A stretch of DNA of 64,000 nt from Patescibacteria group bacterium (GTDB lineage Bacteria; Patescibacteriota; Patescibacteriia; UBA2591; UBA6264), in assembly GCA_016784145.1 (NCBI GenBank), contig JADHVF010000001.1:26367-90366 (forward strand), read 5' to 3'. The notes below the pieces were generated by a model. The model saw nothing but the letters and a program-made list of their open reading frames with translations. It was not told where the DNA came from and ran no database searches. Shown one piece after another: positions 54,704 through 63,420 of the stretch (positions within the stretch are counted from its first letter, which is position 1; each line of letters opens with the position of its first letter). The position numbers were made by a program, and so were the translations under genes.

Positions 54704-55942
54704 TTATTTAGTTAATTTGCTAACTCTTTTTTTGACTTCTTTTAAAATTTTTTTATTATCAATATTATAAATAACCTTAGCAATTAATTTTCCAATAATT
54801 TTCATTTCTTTTTCCCTAAAGCCCATGGTTGTTAGGGCAGGAGTGCCTAACCGGATGCCAGTAGGATTAAAAGGATTTTGCTTGTCATAAGGAATTATAT
54901 TTTTATTGACATAAATGTTTGTTTTTTCTAGGGCAAGTTCTGCTTGCTGACCAGTTATATTTGTGTTTATTAAATTAATTAAAATTAAATGATTATCAGT
55001 GTTATTTGAAATTAAATTTAATCCCTGTCTTTTCAGCTCTTGTGCTAATGCTTTGGCATTTTTAACAACTTGCTTGGCATATTTTTTAAAATTAGGTTGA
55101 CTGGCTTCTTTTAGGGCTACAGCAATACCAGCCATGGTGTTATTATGAGGACCTCCTTGCATGCCTGGAAAAATCATTTTATCTATTTTTGCAGCATATT
55201 TATGCTTGCACATAATTATTGCTCCTCTGGGGCCTCTTAATGTTTTGTGGGTGGTAGTTGTAATAATATCTGTATATGGAGCAGGGGATGGGTGACATTG
55301 TCCAATGATCAATCCAGCAATATGCGAGATGTCTGCCATTGAAATTGCTCCTATTTTTTTGGCTATTTGATGAAAGCGTTTGAATTTTATAATCCTAGGA
55401 TAAGCAGTTGCTCCTGAAATAATTATTTTTGGTTTGTGCTTGATTGCTAATCTTTCTACTTCATCATAATTAATTAAATGGGTCTTGGGATCAACATTGT
55501 ATTGGATGAAATCAAATATTTTGCCAGATAAATTAACCTTATGACCGTGAGTTAAATGCCCGCCACCAGATAAACTCATGCCCATAATTTTATCACCTGG
55601 TTTTAATAGGGCAAAATAAACGGCCAGATTAGCTGGCGAACCAGAATAGGGTTGGACATTGGCATGTTGGACATTGAATATTGCTTTTGCTCGTTCAATG
55701 GCAACTTGCTCGATTTTATCAATAAATTGATTGCCAGTGTAATATCTTTTTTGAGGATATCCTTCAGAATATTTATTGCTTAAAATAGAGCCAATTGTTT
55801 TTAATACATTGTTAGAAACAAAATTTTCAGAAGCAATTAAAACCAGTCCATTTGTTTGGCGTTGTTTTTCTTGTTTAATCAATTTTTGTATTTTTAAATC
55901 AGCCATTTGTTTAATAATAAAATAAAAGTAGGGTTTTGTCAA
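54704..55942 (-). CDS. glyA: Serine hydroxymethyltransferase
   Basis: GSPANLAVY, SLSGGGHLTHG and the PLP-lysine loop TTTTHKTLRGPRGA. Confidence 0.9.
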   Translation of the reverse strand: MTKPYFYFIIKQMADLKIQKLIKQEKQRQTNGLVLIASENFVSNNVLKTIGSILSNKYSEGYPQKRYYTGNQFIDKIEQVAIERAKAIFNVQHANVQPYSGSPANLAVYFALLKPGDKIMGMSLSGGGHLTHGHKVNLSGKIFDFIQYNVDPKTHLINYDEVERLAIKHKPKIIISGATAYPRIIKFKRFHQIAKKIGAISMADISHIAGLIIGQCHPSPAPYTDIITTTTHKTLRGPRGAIIMCKHKYAAKIDKMIFPGMQGGPHNNTMAGIAVALKEASQPNFKKYAKQVVKNAKALAQELKRQGLNLISNNTDNHLILINLINTNITGQQAELALEKTNIYVNKNIIPYDKQNPFNPTGIRLGTPALTTMGFREKEMKIIGKLIAKVIYNIDNKKILKEVKKRVSKLTK

Positions 55943-55991
55943 TTTTAGATAATCTTTACTTTTATTGAATTTTTTGCTATTGTAAATATAT

Positions 55992-56063
55992 GGCCCTGTC
56001 GTCTAATGGTCAGGACGCATGATTCTCAATCATGTAACAGGGGTTCGACTCCCCTCAGGGCTA
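55992..56063 (+). tRNA. tRNA-Glu (anticodon CUC)
   Basis: The acceptor pairs ggccctg with cagggct (G1-U72 wobble). The D-stem is gtct/ggac, the anticodon stem catga/tcatg with loop ttCTCaa, and the T-arm agggg-ttcgact-cccct. No CCA. Confidence 0.75.
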
Positions 56064-56082
56064 CTTAAAAATTAATAATTTT

Positions 56083-56280
56083 ATGGAAAACAAAAAAAAG
56101 GCCTCTATTTCAGAAAAGCAGAATAAAAAAAAGAAAATTAAAATCAAGGATTTTTTTGATAATAATCCTACATTATGGAAAGTTGTTTGGGAATTTTATT
56201 GGAGAATGGTTGTTATAGGCATTTGTCTTGGTATGGTTGTAATGATTGTATTTTCTGTTTTAGGGATGTTATTTAATTAA
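56083..56280 (+). CDS. Small hypothetical membrane protein
   Basis: 65 aa with a Lys-rich N-terminus and one TM helix. Confidence 0.3.
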   Translation: MENKKKASISEKQNKKKKIKIKDFFDNNPTLWKVVWEFYWRMVVIGICLGMVVMIVFSVLGMLFN

Positions 56281-56430
56281 TTAAAAAGTAAACATAAATT
56301 TAAAAAGAGAAAAATTTTATCGTGGATTATTTTTTGAGAGTGCTATTTATTACATTTTTCTTGGTATTATTTTTTTAGTTTATAAATAAATTCATAAAAA
56401 TAAGCATAATAAATAATTGATATAAATATT

Positions 56431-56841
56431 ATGAATTTTGAAAAAATAGGGCAACCAGATGGAAACCAAGAGAAAAAAAAAGAAGAAAAGAATAAAAAAA
56501 GATTTTTTAAAGATCTTGTTAATAAAATGATGCCAGAAAAAGGGATTGATGTTAATATAGAAGAATTGCCAAATGTTGTTGGCCTAGAAATTGATAAATT
56601 AAGAAAGCATTATAATAAAGCTAATGAAAATGGCCTAATTCATTTAAGAGACATAAAAAAATTTGATTCAAGTGATGACAGGATTGTTAAGTATAAGATA
56701 TGGGTGCACATTGATAAGCATGATGATCATGGAAAGGGATATATAGGAAGTGAACACAAGACTTATGAGGCAGAAGTGAAAGATGGTGTTCTTGTAAGAT
56801 TTAATCAAGTATCCTCATTTTTTAGAGGGTCTAACTGGTAA
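56431..56841 (+). CDS. Hypothetical protein
   Basis: 136 aa with a Lys/Glu-rich N-terminus. No recognisable motifs. Confidence 0.35.
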   Translation: MNFEKIGQPDGNQEKKKEEKNKKRFFKDLVNKMMPEKGIDVNIEELPNVVGLEIDKLRKHYNKANENGLIHLRDIKKFDSSDDRIVKYKIWVHIDKHDDHGKGYIGSEHKTYEAEVKDGVLVRFNQVSSFFRGSNW

Positions 56842-56868
56842 AAAATTTATTTAGTACAATTGAATAAT

Positions 56869-57023
56869 TAAATTATTAAGAAAGCAGGGTAGGGAACTGA
56901 CCCAATGATCCTGCTAGCAACCCTTAAAATAATTTTTTAAGAAGGTGCTAATTTCAGCCCTAAAATAGGGGAAGATAAAGGTCTATTATTTGTTTATCTC
57001 TTTCCTCTAGGAAAGAGCTTTTT
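56869..57023 (+). promoter_or_regulatory. SAM-I (S-box) riboswitch with terminator/antiterminator expression platform, leader of metK
   Basis: The core aligns with B. subtilis yitJ. UUAUUAAGAAAGCAG matches the P1/J1-2 segment. AGGGAACUGACCC...GCAACC matches P2. AAGGUGCUAAUUUCAGCC matches P3. GAAGAUAAAG matches the 3' strand of P1. The terminator is an 8-bp stem (ctctttcc / ggaaagag, loop tcta, then cttttt) at 56998-57023. The antiterminator is agataaa (56973-56979) paired with tttatct (56992-56998). Confidence 0.8.
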
Positions 57024-57036
57024 AAATTAAAAACAT

Positions 57037-58191
57037 ATGAAAAAATATTTAACATCAGAGTCTGTAACAGAAGGACATCCAGATAAATTAGCAGATCAAA
57101 TATCAGATGCTATTTTGGATGTTTATCTGAGAAAAGATTTTAAGTCACGAGTTGCTTGCGAAACATTAATAACAAAAGATAATATTATTGTGGCTGGCGA
57201 AATTACTTCTAGTGCACAAGTAGATATTGAACAAATCGTTAAAAAAGTTGTTAATAATGTTGGCTATAATAATCCTGATTATGGTTTTGATATTAATAAT
57301 TGTGAGATTAGGGTATTTATTCAAAAGCAATCTCCAGATATTTCTCAGGGAGTTAATGCAATTAAATTAACAGCCATTGGGGCAGGTGATCAAGGATTAA
57401 TGTATGGCTATGCAACTAACGAAACAGATGAATACATGCCCCTGCCAATTGTTTTAGCGCATAAACTTACCAAACAATTAATGCTTATTAGAAAGAGTAA
57501 AAAATTGGCTTATTTAAGACCTGATGGAAAAAGTCAGGTAACAGTAGAATACAAGAATAATAAACCAAGCAAAATAAATAATATTGTCGTGGCAGCACAG
57601 CATAATCCTAAGATTGACATAAATCAATTAAGGGCAGATATTATTAAAAATGTCATTCAACCAGTTATTCCTCAAAAAATGTTTACTTCTAATATTAAAT
57701 ATTTTATTAATACCACGGGCCGTTTTGTATTTGGTGGTCCAGCAGCAGACACTGGTTTAACAGGACGAAAAATTATTATTGATACATATGGAGGAGCAGG
57801 TAGACATGGTGGGGGATGTTTTTCCGGAAAAGATCCAAGCAAGGTTGATAGAAGTGCTAGCTATGGAGCGCGTTGGGTGGCTAAAAACATAGTAGCCGCG
57901 GGGTTGGCAGATAAAATTGAAATACAGTTGGCCTATTCTATTGGTAAAGCTCAACCATTATCAATTAACATAGATACTTTTAATACTGCCAAGCTAGCAG
58001 ATGAAAAAATTATTAAAATAATAAACAAAGTATTTGATTTAAGACCAGGTATGTTAATTAAAGAACTTGATTTATTAAGGCCAATTTATCAGCCAACGGC
58101 TAAATACGGACATTTTGGCAGGGATGATTTGGATTTGCCATGGGAAAAGTTAAACAAGCTAAATTCAATTAATTCCTTATTAAGTAGATGA
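57037..58191 (+). CDS. metK: S-adenosylmethionine synthetase
   Basis: [34 protein letters not shown] and [17 protein letters not shown] motifs. Confidence 0.9.
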   Translation: MKKYLTSESVTEGHPDKLADQISDAILDVYLRKDFKSRVACETLITKDNIIVAGEITSSAQVDIEQIVKKVVNNVGYNNPDYGFDINNCEIRVFIQKQSPDISQGVNAIKLTAIGAGDQGLMYGYATNETDEYMPLPIVLAHKLTKQLMLIRKSKKLAYLRPDGKSQVTVEYKNNKPSKINNIVVAAQHNPKIDINQLRADIIKNVIQPVIPQKMFTSNIKYFINTTGRFVFGGPAADTGLTGRKIIIDTYGGAGRHGGGCFSGKDPSKVDRSASYGARWVAKNIVAAGLADKIEIQLAYSIGKAQPLSINIDTFNTAKLADEKIIKIINKVFDLRPGMLIKELDLLRPIYQPTAKYGHFGRDDLDLPWEKLNKLNSINSLLSR

Positions 58192-58200
58192 AATAAAAAG

Positions 58201-58230
58201 AAAAGCCCTGTTTTTTAACAGGGCTTTTTG
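58201..58230. terminator. Bidirectional Rho-independent terminator hairpin (copy 1 of an identical 30-nt element)
   Basis: A 12-bp stem (aaaagccctgtt / aacagggctttt) with loop tttt, flanked by an A-run and a T-run. Confidence 0.8.
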
Positions 58231-58242
58231 ATGAGAGATTTA

Positions 58243-58623
58243 TTAGCAAAGAATCACCTTATCAATCCTTTTAATATCTTGATCAGGAATTTTGTGTAGG
58301 TTTTTTATTTCCTTCCAAATACAGACCTGGACATGCTTGTTAGTGGTAATATTATAGTGGTTATCTTTCATTGCTAGAACTTTTTCTGGTACATTTTTAA
58401 GTGCTTCAGAAATTAATAATAGTTCTTTCTTATTCAGGTCTTCAAAGATACCATCTTCTGTTATTAAAAGGATGCACTTTAGGGCTAGATTATTATCTGG
58501 GTGTCTTGAAAAATAAGTGATTATTTTTTTCATAAATCTCTTTTTTTCATTGATTAACTCTATTAGCCCTTTAATTTTTAGGGCCATTTCTAGAGAGTGA
58601 ATCCCTGGAGTTTCCATAATCAT
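58243..58623 (-). CDS. Hypothetical protein (cassette gene 1)
   Basis: 126 aa with no recognisable motifs. It runs divergently from the next gene. Confidence 0.4.
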   Translation of the reverse strand: MIMETPGIHSLEMALKIKGLIELINEKKRFMKKIITYFSRHPDNNLALKCILLITEDGIFEDLNKKELLLISEALKNVPEKVLAMKDNHYNITTNKHVQVCIWKEIKNLHKIPDQDIKRIDKVILC

Positions 58624-58726
58624 CTCCTTTTTTATTTTGATGTACTATGCATTAAGATATCATTTTTTAGTGTTTTTGTCAAGATATTACAAAGTCCTTG
58701 CTTTTTTTAGTATTTTTGCTATTATT

Positions 58727-58996
58727 ATGAATATGAAGAAAATATTTGAAAATTTTGACAGAGAAAGTATTCCTGAAAAATTAACAGACAAAGAGGCAAT
58801 GGAGATTGTTAATAATATTCATGACAATAGATTGACTCTAGACAAAAATCATTCAGAATATTTTAATATTTTAATTAATGACAAGACAAATAGAAGCGCA
58901 AAAATTCTCAAAAGAAAATTTGTTTTACTAGAAAATAAAGATATAGTAAAAATAGAGGACTATTTAAGACAAGTATTAAGTGAAATTGATAAATAA
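58727..58996 (+). CDS. Hypothetical protein (cassette gene 2; start moved to internal ATG MNMKK)
   Basis: 89 aa and Lys/Asp-rich. The upstream part of the ORF-track ORF (58637) would leave a 13-bp divergent gap and is hydrophobic nonsense-like. Confidence 0.35.
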   Translation: MNMKKIFENFDRESIPEKLTDKEAMEIVNNIHDNRLTLDKNHSEYFNILINDKTNRSAKILKRKFVLLENKDIVKIEDYLRQVLSEIDK

Positions 58997-59066
58997 TTCT
59001 TTGTGAAAGAGAGGCCATGACAATCAATTTATTGAGACAAGGCCTATTAGCAAGATGATTAAAGAA

Positions 59067-59096
59067 AAAAGCCCTGTTTTTTAACAGGGCTTTTTG
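59067..59096. terminator. Bidirectional terminator hairpin, identical copy 2 (aaaagccctgttttttaacagggctttttg)
   Basis: 30/30 identity with 58201-58230 on direct reading. Confidence 0.8.
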
Positions 59097-59214
59097 TTAT
59101 TGTGATGTCATTAAAATGGATTACGCGCTTGTTTTTTTGTTTTTTTTACTTTTTAGATTTTAATGAATTGGTCAATGTTAATAAAATTTATTTTAATATA
59201 TATATTGTCAATGT

Positions 59215-61425
59215 TTATTTAATTAATGGTTTATATCTTTTCATTAGCAAGGCGTTAGAAATAACGCTAACAGAAGAAAAAGCCATGGCTCCAGCTGCAA
59301 TACTAGGGGATAGCAGTGATTGAGTCATAGAGTAAAAAGCTCCAGCAGCAACTGGAATACTAATTGTATTATAAAAAAATGCCCAAAAAAGATTTTGTTT
59401 TATTTTTTTAAGGGTATATTTACTTAAATCAATGGCTGTTACAACATCTCGCAAATCGTCTTTAATTAATACTATTTCTCCTGTTTCCACGGCAATGTCA
59501 CTGCCAGATCCAAGTGCAATACCAATGTCAGCCTGGGCTAAAGCAGGAGCATCATTAATACCATCCCCGACCATGCACACCTTGTATCCTTGTTTTTGTA
59601 GTTTGGCTATTTCAGCTGCTTTATCTGAAGGCAGGACATCTGCTAAAACTTTATCCATGCCAAGCTGTTTAGCAATTGCTTGCCCAACCATAATATTATC
59701 TCCTGTAATAATGCCTGTTTTTTTGTTTAATTTATGAAGTTTAGCAATTGCTAATTGAGAATATTCTTTTAATGTATCGGCAATAGCGATAATTCCATGG
59801 ATTTTTTTATCAACACTTAATATTACACAGGTTTTTCCGCTTGCTTCTAAGTTTTGTAGTTTTTTTTCAATCAAATCAATATTAATTTGATTTTCTTTTA
59901 TTAGAGCTGGTTTACCCAATAATATTGTTTGATTATTTATATCTGCCTTTATTCCTTTTCCTAAAATTGCTTGAAAGTTTTTAGCTTCAAGTAAATTTAT
60001 TTGCTTCTCTTTAGCTTTGTTAATGATTGCTTGTGCTAAAGGATGTTCTGAATACTTTTCAATTGAAGCTGCTAATTGTAGTATGGTTTGTTCATTTGTG
60101 TTTTGGGTTATTTTAATTATATCAGTGACAGTTGGTTCTCCTTTTGTTAATGTGCCTGTTTTGTCAAAAATTATAAAATCAACATTTTTGGCTTTTTCTA
60201 GTGCCTGACTGCTTTTAATTAAAATGCCATATTTGGCTGCTAATCCAGTTCCAACCATTATGGCGGTTGGAGTGGCTAACCCTAAAGCGCAGGGGCAGGC
60301 AATGATAAGAACAGCCACAAAAGCTGTTAAGGCAAAAGCAAATGATTTACCTAATAATAACCAGGTTGTTAACGCTATGATGGCTATAAAAATAACAGCT
60401 GGCACAAAATAAAGAGCAGTTTTATCAGCCAAAAGTTGAATTGGCGGTTTAGACCCCATGGCTTTCTCTACGGTTTCAATAATTTGAGATAACATAGTAT
60501 CTTTTCCAATTTTAGTTGCTTTAAATTTTAAAAAACCTGTTTTGTTGATGGTTCCTCCAATAACTTGCTCATTAATATTTTTTTCAACTGGAATACTTTC
60601 TCCGGTAATCATTTTTTCATCAACGCTTGAATAGCCATCAATAATAATTCCATCAACTGGAATTTTTGCTCCTGGCTTAATTAAAATAATATCATTTACT
60701 TTTACTTCTGATACGTCTATTTTTACTTCTTGATTGTCTTTTAAAATTATTGCCTGCTTTGGCTGAAGCCCAATTAATTTTTTAATTGCTTGGCTAGTTT
60801 TTCCCTTTGTAATGGCTTCAAGATATTTTCCTAAATTAATAAAAATTAAAATAAAGACAGCGCTTTCATAATATAAATCTTGTATGATGGTTTTATAGCC
60901 AAATATCAATGATAAAGAAATTGCTAAACTATAAACATAAGCAGATAGGGTTCCAATAAAAACCAATGAATCCATATTTGGTTTGAGTTGTAATAAATTT
61001 TTAATTCCATTTGTCCATATTTTAATAGAAAATCCAATAACAACAGAGGCAAAAATAAATTCGATTATATGAGTATTTGTTTCTATAAAATAGGGGATTG
61101 GCAGACCAATCATTTTCCCCATAGACATATAAACAACAGGTAGCCCAAATATAAAGCTAAAAATAAGGCGTTTTTTTAGAGAGGAGGAATAATCATTGGT
61201 GTTTACTTCCTCTTTTGACTGAATTTTATATCCTAGGTTATTAATAATTTTAGTTATTTGTTTGAGGTTGATTTTATTGATATCAAAATCTAAATAAGCC
61301 TTTTCATTGGCAAAATTTACATTAATTGAATTTACTCCCTCTGTTTTTTTTAGTTTATTTTCAATAATTGTTGAACAAGAAGCGCAATGCATGCCTTTTA
61401 TTTTTAATATTTCTTTTTTTTCCAT
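59215..61425 (-). CDS. copA: Copper-translocating P1B-type ATPase
   Basis: The N-terminal HMA domain carries GMHCASC. The TM segments carry CPC (ACPCALGLATP) and MxxSS (MAFSSVSV). The phosphorylation site is DKTGTLT, with GDGINDAPAL downstream. 736 aa. Confidence 0.85.
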   Translation of the reverse strand: MEKKEILKIKGMHCASCSTIIENKLKKTEGVNSINVNFANEKAYLDFDINKINLKQITKIINNLGYKIQSKEEVNTNDYSSSLKKRLIFSFIFGLPVVYMSMGKMIGLPIPYFIETNTHIIEFIFASVVIGFSIKIWTNGIKNLLQLKPNMDSLVFIGTLSAYVYSLAISLSLIFGYKTIIQDLYYESAVFILIFINLGKYLEAITKGKTSQAIKKLIGLQPKQAIILKDNQEVKIDVSEVKVNDIILIKPGAKIPVDGIIIDGYSSVDEKMITGESIPVEKNINEQVIGGTINKTGFLKFKATKIGKDTMLSQIIETVEKAMGSKPPIQLLADKTALYFVPAVIFIAIIALTTWLLLGKSFAFALTAFVAVLIIACPCALGLATPTAIMVGTGLAAKYGILIKSSQALEKAKNVDFIIFDKTGTLTKGEPTVTDIIKITQNTNEQTILQLAASIEKYSEHPLAQAIINKAKEKQINLLEAKNFQAILGKGIKADINNQTILLGKPALIKENQINIDLIEKKLQNLEASGKTCVILSVDKKIHGIIAIADTLKEYSQLAIAKLHKLNKKTGIITGDNIMVGQAIAKQLGMDKVLADVLPSDKAAEIAKLQKQGYKVCMVGDGINDAPALAQADIGIALGSGSDIAVETGEIVLIKDDLRDVVTAIDLSKYTLKKIKQNLFWAFFYNTISIPVAAGAFYSMTQSLLSPSIAAGAMAFSSVSVISNALLMKRYKPLIK

Positions 61426-61442
61426 AATTTTATTTTTTTTAA

Positions 61443-62939
61443 TTAATATGCCCTAATTATAGAACCACAACCACAACTTGGGATGCCACAATCTCCGCCA
61501 CATGAGCCACTGCTTCCAGTAGTGCCTCCACAACTTCCTTCAGGTAAATTAAGTGATTCTTTGTAGATAGTTTCTCTTGACGGTTGTTTGTTTTCATCAG
61601 TGACAATAAATTTGCCCCAAACCATTTGCATCCAGCAAGAAAACTTAATTTCACCAACTTTGGTTGGTGTAAATTCAATAATATTTTTACCTTGTTTTAA
61701 TTTTTTTCTTATATTATATCCATCATGCAGAATGATTTCATCAGTGCATCTGGTCATTTCTTTTGCAGTAATAATCCATCTAACAGGAACGCCTTTTTTA
61801 ATATATATAACATTTGGATCATATCCTCTGTATTTAATTGCCATATTAACTGTTTGATATTCCTTAACATCGCCAGTTACTATAAACTCTGTTTGGGCAC
61901 TTGATTCTCGTGGCACAAATTCCCTAAAGCCATATCCAAAATTAGTCAAACCTCTGTTAATCATAAATAATCCAAGTATTATCACTACAATTCCTGATAT
62001 TTTCATTACTTGTTTAATTTTATCTTTACTAATTAAAGAAATAAAATTACCAAAACCAAACATTAATGGCACTGTTCCTAATGCATATATTCCCATTGAA
62101 AGAGCTCCTCTGACAATGCTCCCAGATGCTAGGGCATATATTTGCATTGCTTGCAATGGTCCACAAGGCATAAGGCCATTAAGTAAACCAATGATAAAAG
62201 GTCCCTTTGGTTTTCTAGTATGTCTTTGTGAGTAAAGAAATTTTCCCATAAAAGATGGCATTTTAAGTTTGATTTTTTCAAACCAGGACATACTGGTAAT
62301 AAAAGATAATCCCATTAAAATCATAAAAATACCAGCTATTAAGATAACACTGCCTGTAAAAGTAGGGTTGATGGCAAAAAATGATCCCAATCCACCTAAA
62401 ATTCCGCCAACCATTGTATAAGATATTGTTCTTCCAAGATTGTATTGAATATGGGGCCAAGAAGCTTTTGTTTGTTTATCTCCCTTGGCATGATGTCTGG
62501 CCGTATAAGCAACTACTAATCCTCCACACATACCAACACAATGAAAGCTAACCAAGATGCCAATTAAAAAAATAAGCCAATAACTTATTTTGGCTTCATT
62601 TAATTTAGCTAGTAATTCAAGTGCACCAGAATTTTTAATTAAAACATAAACAATGATTAGTAAAATAAATAATCCAGAAGCAATTAACATCTTCTTCTTT
62701 TTATTTACTTGTGCTTTTGTTTTTTTAATCTTTTCAACCTTATATTTTAATTTTTCAATTTTAGCAAAAATTTTTCGTTGAGATATTTGGTTGTCATCAA
62801 ATTCTATTTCAGTTTTTCCAGTAACATGGTCAACTGTAATATCTTTAACTCCTTTTAAAATATCAACTTCTGTTTCAATCAATGTCTTGCAACTTTGACA
62901 ATGAGTTCCTTTGATTTTGATTTTGATTTTTTTAAGCAT
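61443..62939 (-). CDS. HMA-domain membrane protein with DsbD/CcdA-like Cys-Pro TM motifs and a C-terminal cupredoxin-like/Cys-rich domain
   Basis: N-terminal HMA (GTHCQSCKT). The TM region carries HCVGMCGG and GLMPCGPL. The C-terminal soluble domain has H...FSCWMQM, a candidate Cu-ligand set, and ends in a cysteine-rich tail CGGTTGSSGSCGGDCGIPSCGCGS. Confidence 0.45.
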   Translation of the reverse strand: MLKKIKIKIKGTHCQSCKTLIETEVDILKGVKDITVDHVTGKTEIEFDDNQISQRKIFAKIEKLKYKVEKIKKTKAQVNKKKKMLIASGLFILLIIVYVLIKNSGALELLAKLNEAKISYWLIFLIGILVSFHCVGMCGGLVVAYTARHHAKGDKQTKASWPHIQYNLGRTISYTMVGGILGGLGSFFAINPTFTGSVILIAGIFMILMGLSFITSMSWFEKIKLKMPSFMGKFLYSQRHTRKPKGPFIIGLLNGLMPCGPLQAMQIYALASGSIVRGALSMGIYALGTVPLMFGFGNFISLISKDKIKQVMKISGIVVIILGLFMINRGLTNFGYGFREFVPRESSAQTEFIVTGDVKEYQTVNMAIKYRGYDPNVIYIKKGVPVRWIITAKEMTRCTDEIILHDGYNIRKKLKQGKNIIEFTPTKVGEIKFSCWMQMVWGKFIVTDENKQPSRETIYKESLNLPEGSCGGTTGSSGSCGGDCGIPSCGCGSIIRAY

Positions 62940-63011
62940 GTTTTTTTTATTATTTTATTATTTATTATTTTATTTTTGAGAGGCTCAGCCTCTGAGGAGT
63001 TTCAAGCAAAA

Positions 63012-63281
63012 CTATTTGCAAGTGTTGTTTTTATTATTACAAGTTTTTGTTTGTTTAAATTTAATATATGAATAAATTGCCAATATCAAAAAAATTATTG
63101 ATATGATTATAAGTAATTTATTATAAGATACTAACCAGGCACTAAAAGAAGCAATTCCAAGAAAAGATAAAATAGCTGCTCCTGTTAAGGTACAACACCA
63201 CCCCAGTAGGCCGATGATGCCTAATCCGCCTGTAAGAAAAGAGATTATAGATAAAAAAATTGTTTTTAATTTATTGTTCAT
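63012..63281 (-). CDS. Small membrane protein with a vicinal Cys pair in TM1 (MerT-like feature)
   Basis: 89 aa with GLLGWCCTLTGAAIL in TM1 and a C-terminal C-x8-C (KTCNNKNNTCK). Confidence 0.35.
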   Translation of the reverse strand: MNNKLKTIFLSIISFLTGGLGIIGLLGWCCTLTGAAILSFLGIASFSAWLVSYNKLLIIISIIFLILAIYSYIKFKQTKTCNNKNNTCK

Positions 63282-63286
63282 TTTAA

Positions 63287-63412
63287 TTATTGATTTATTA
63301 AATCACACTCTCCTTTAATAATTTGACAAGATGAATTAGTATTATTAATTAAAGTTTTTCTAATAAAAATACTAGTTAAAACTATTAAAAAAACTATAAT
63401 AAATTTTTTCAT
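63287..63412 (-). CDS. Possible 41-aa exported peptide with a C-x5-C motif (not in the ORF track)
   Basis: Manual translation gives MKKFIIVFLIVLTSIFIRKTLINNTNSSCQIIKGECDLINQ. It begins with a signal-peptide-like segment and lies between two metal-related genes. No other support. Confidence 0.2.
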   Translation of the reverse strand: MKKFIIVFLIVLTSIFIRKTLINNTNSSCQIIKGECDLINQ

Positions 63413-63420
63413 ATATTTAT

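Noticed and set aside
59102-59323. + strand 73-aa ORF (59102..59323)
   Set aside because: It starts in the AT-rich intergenic spacer and runs antisense into the copA 3' end. The hydrophobic low-complexity translation suggests it is spurious.
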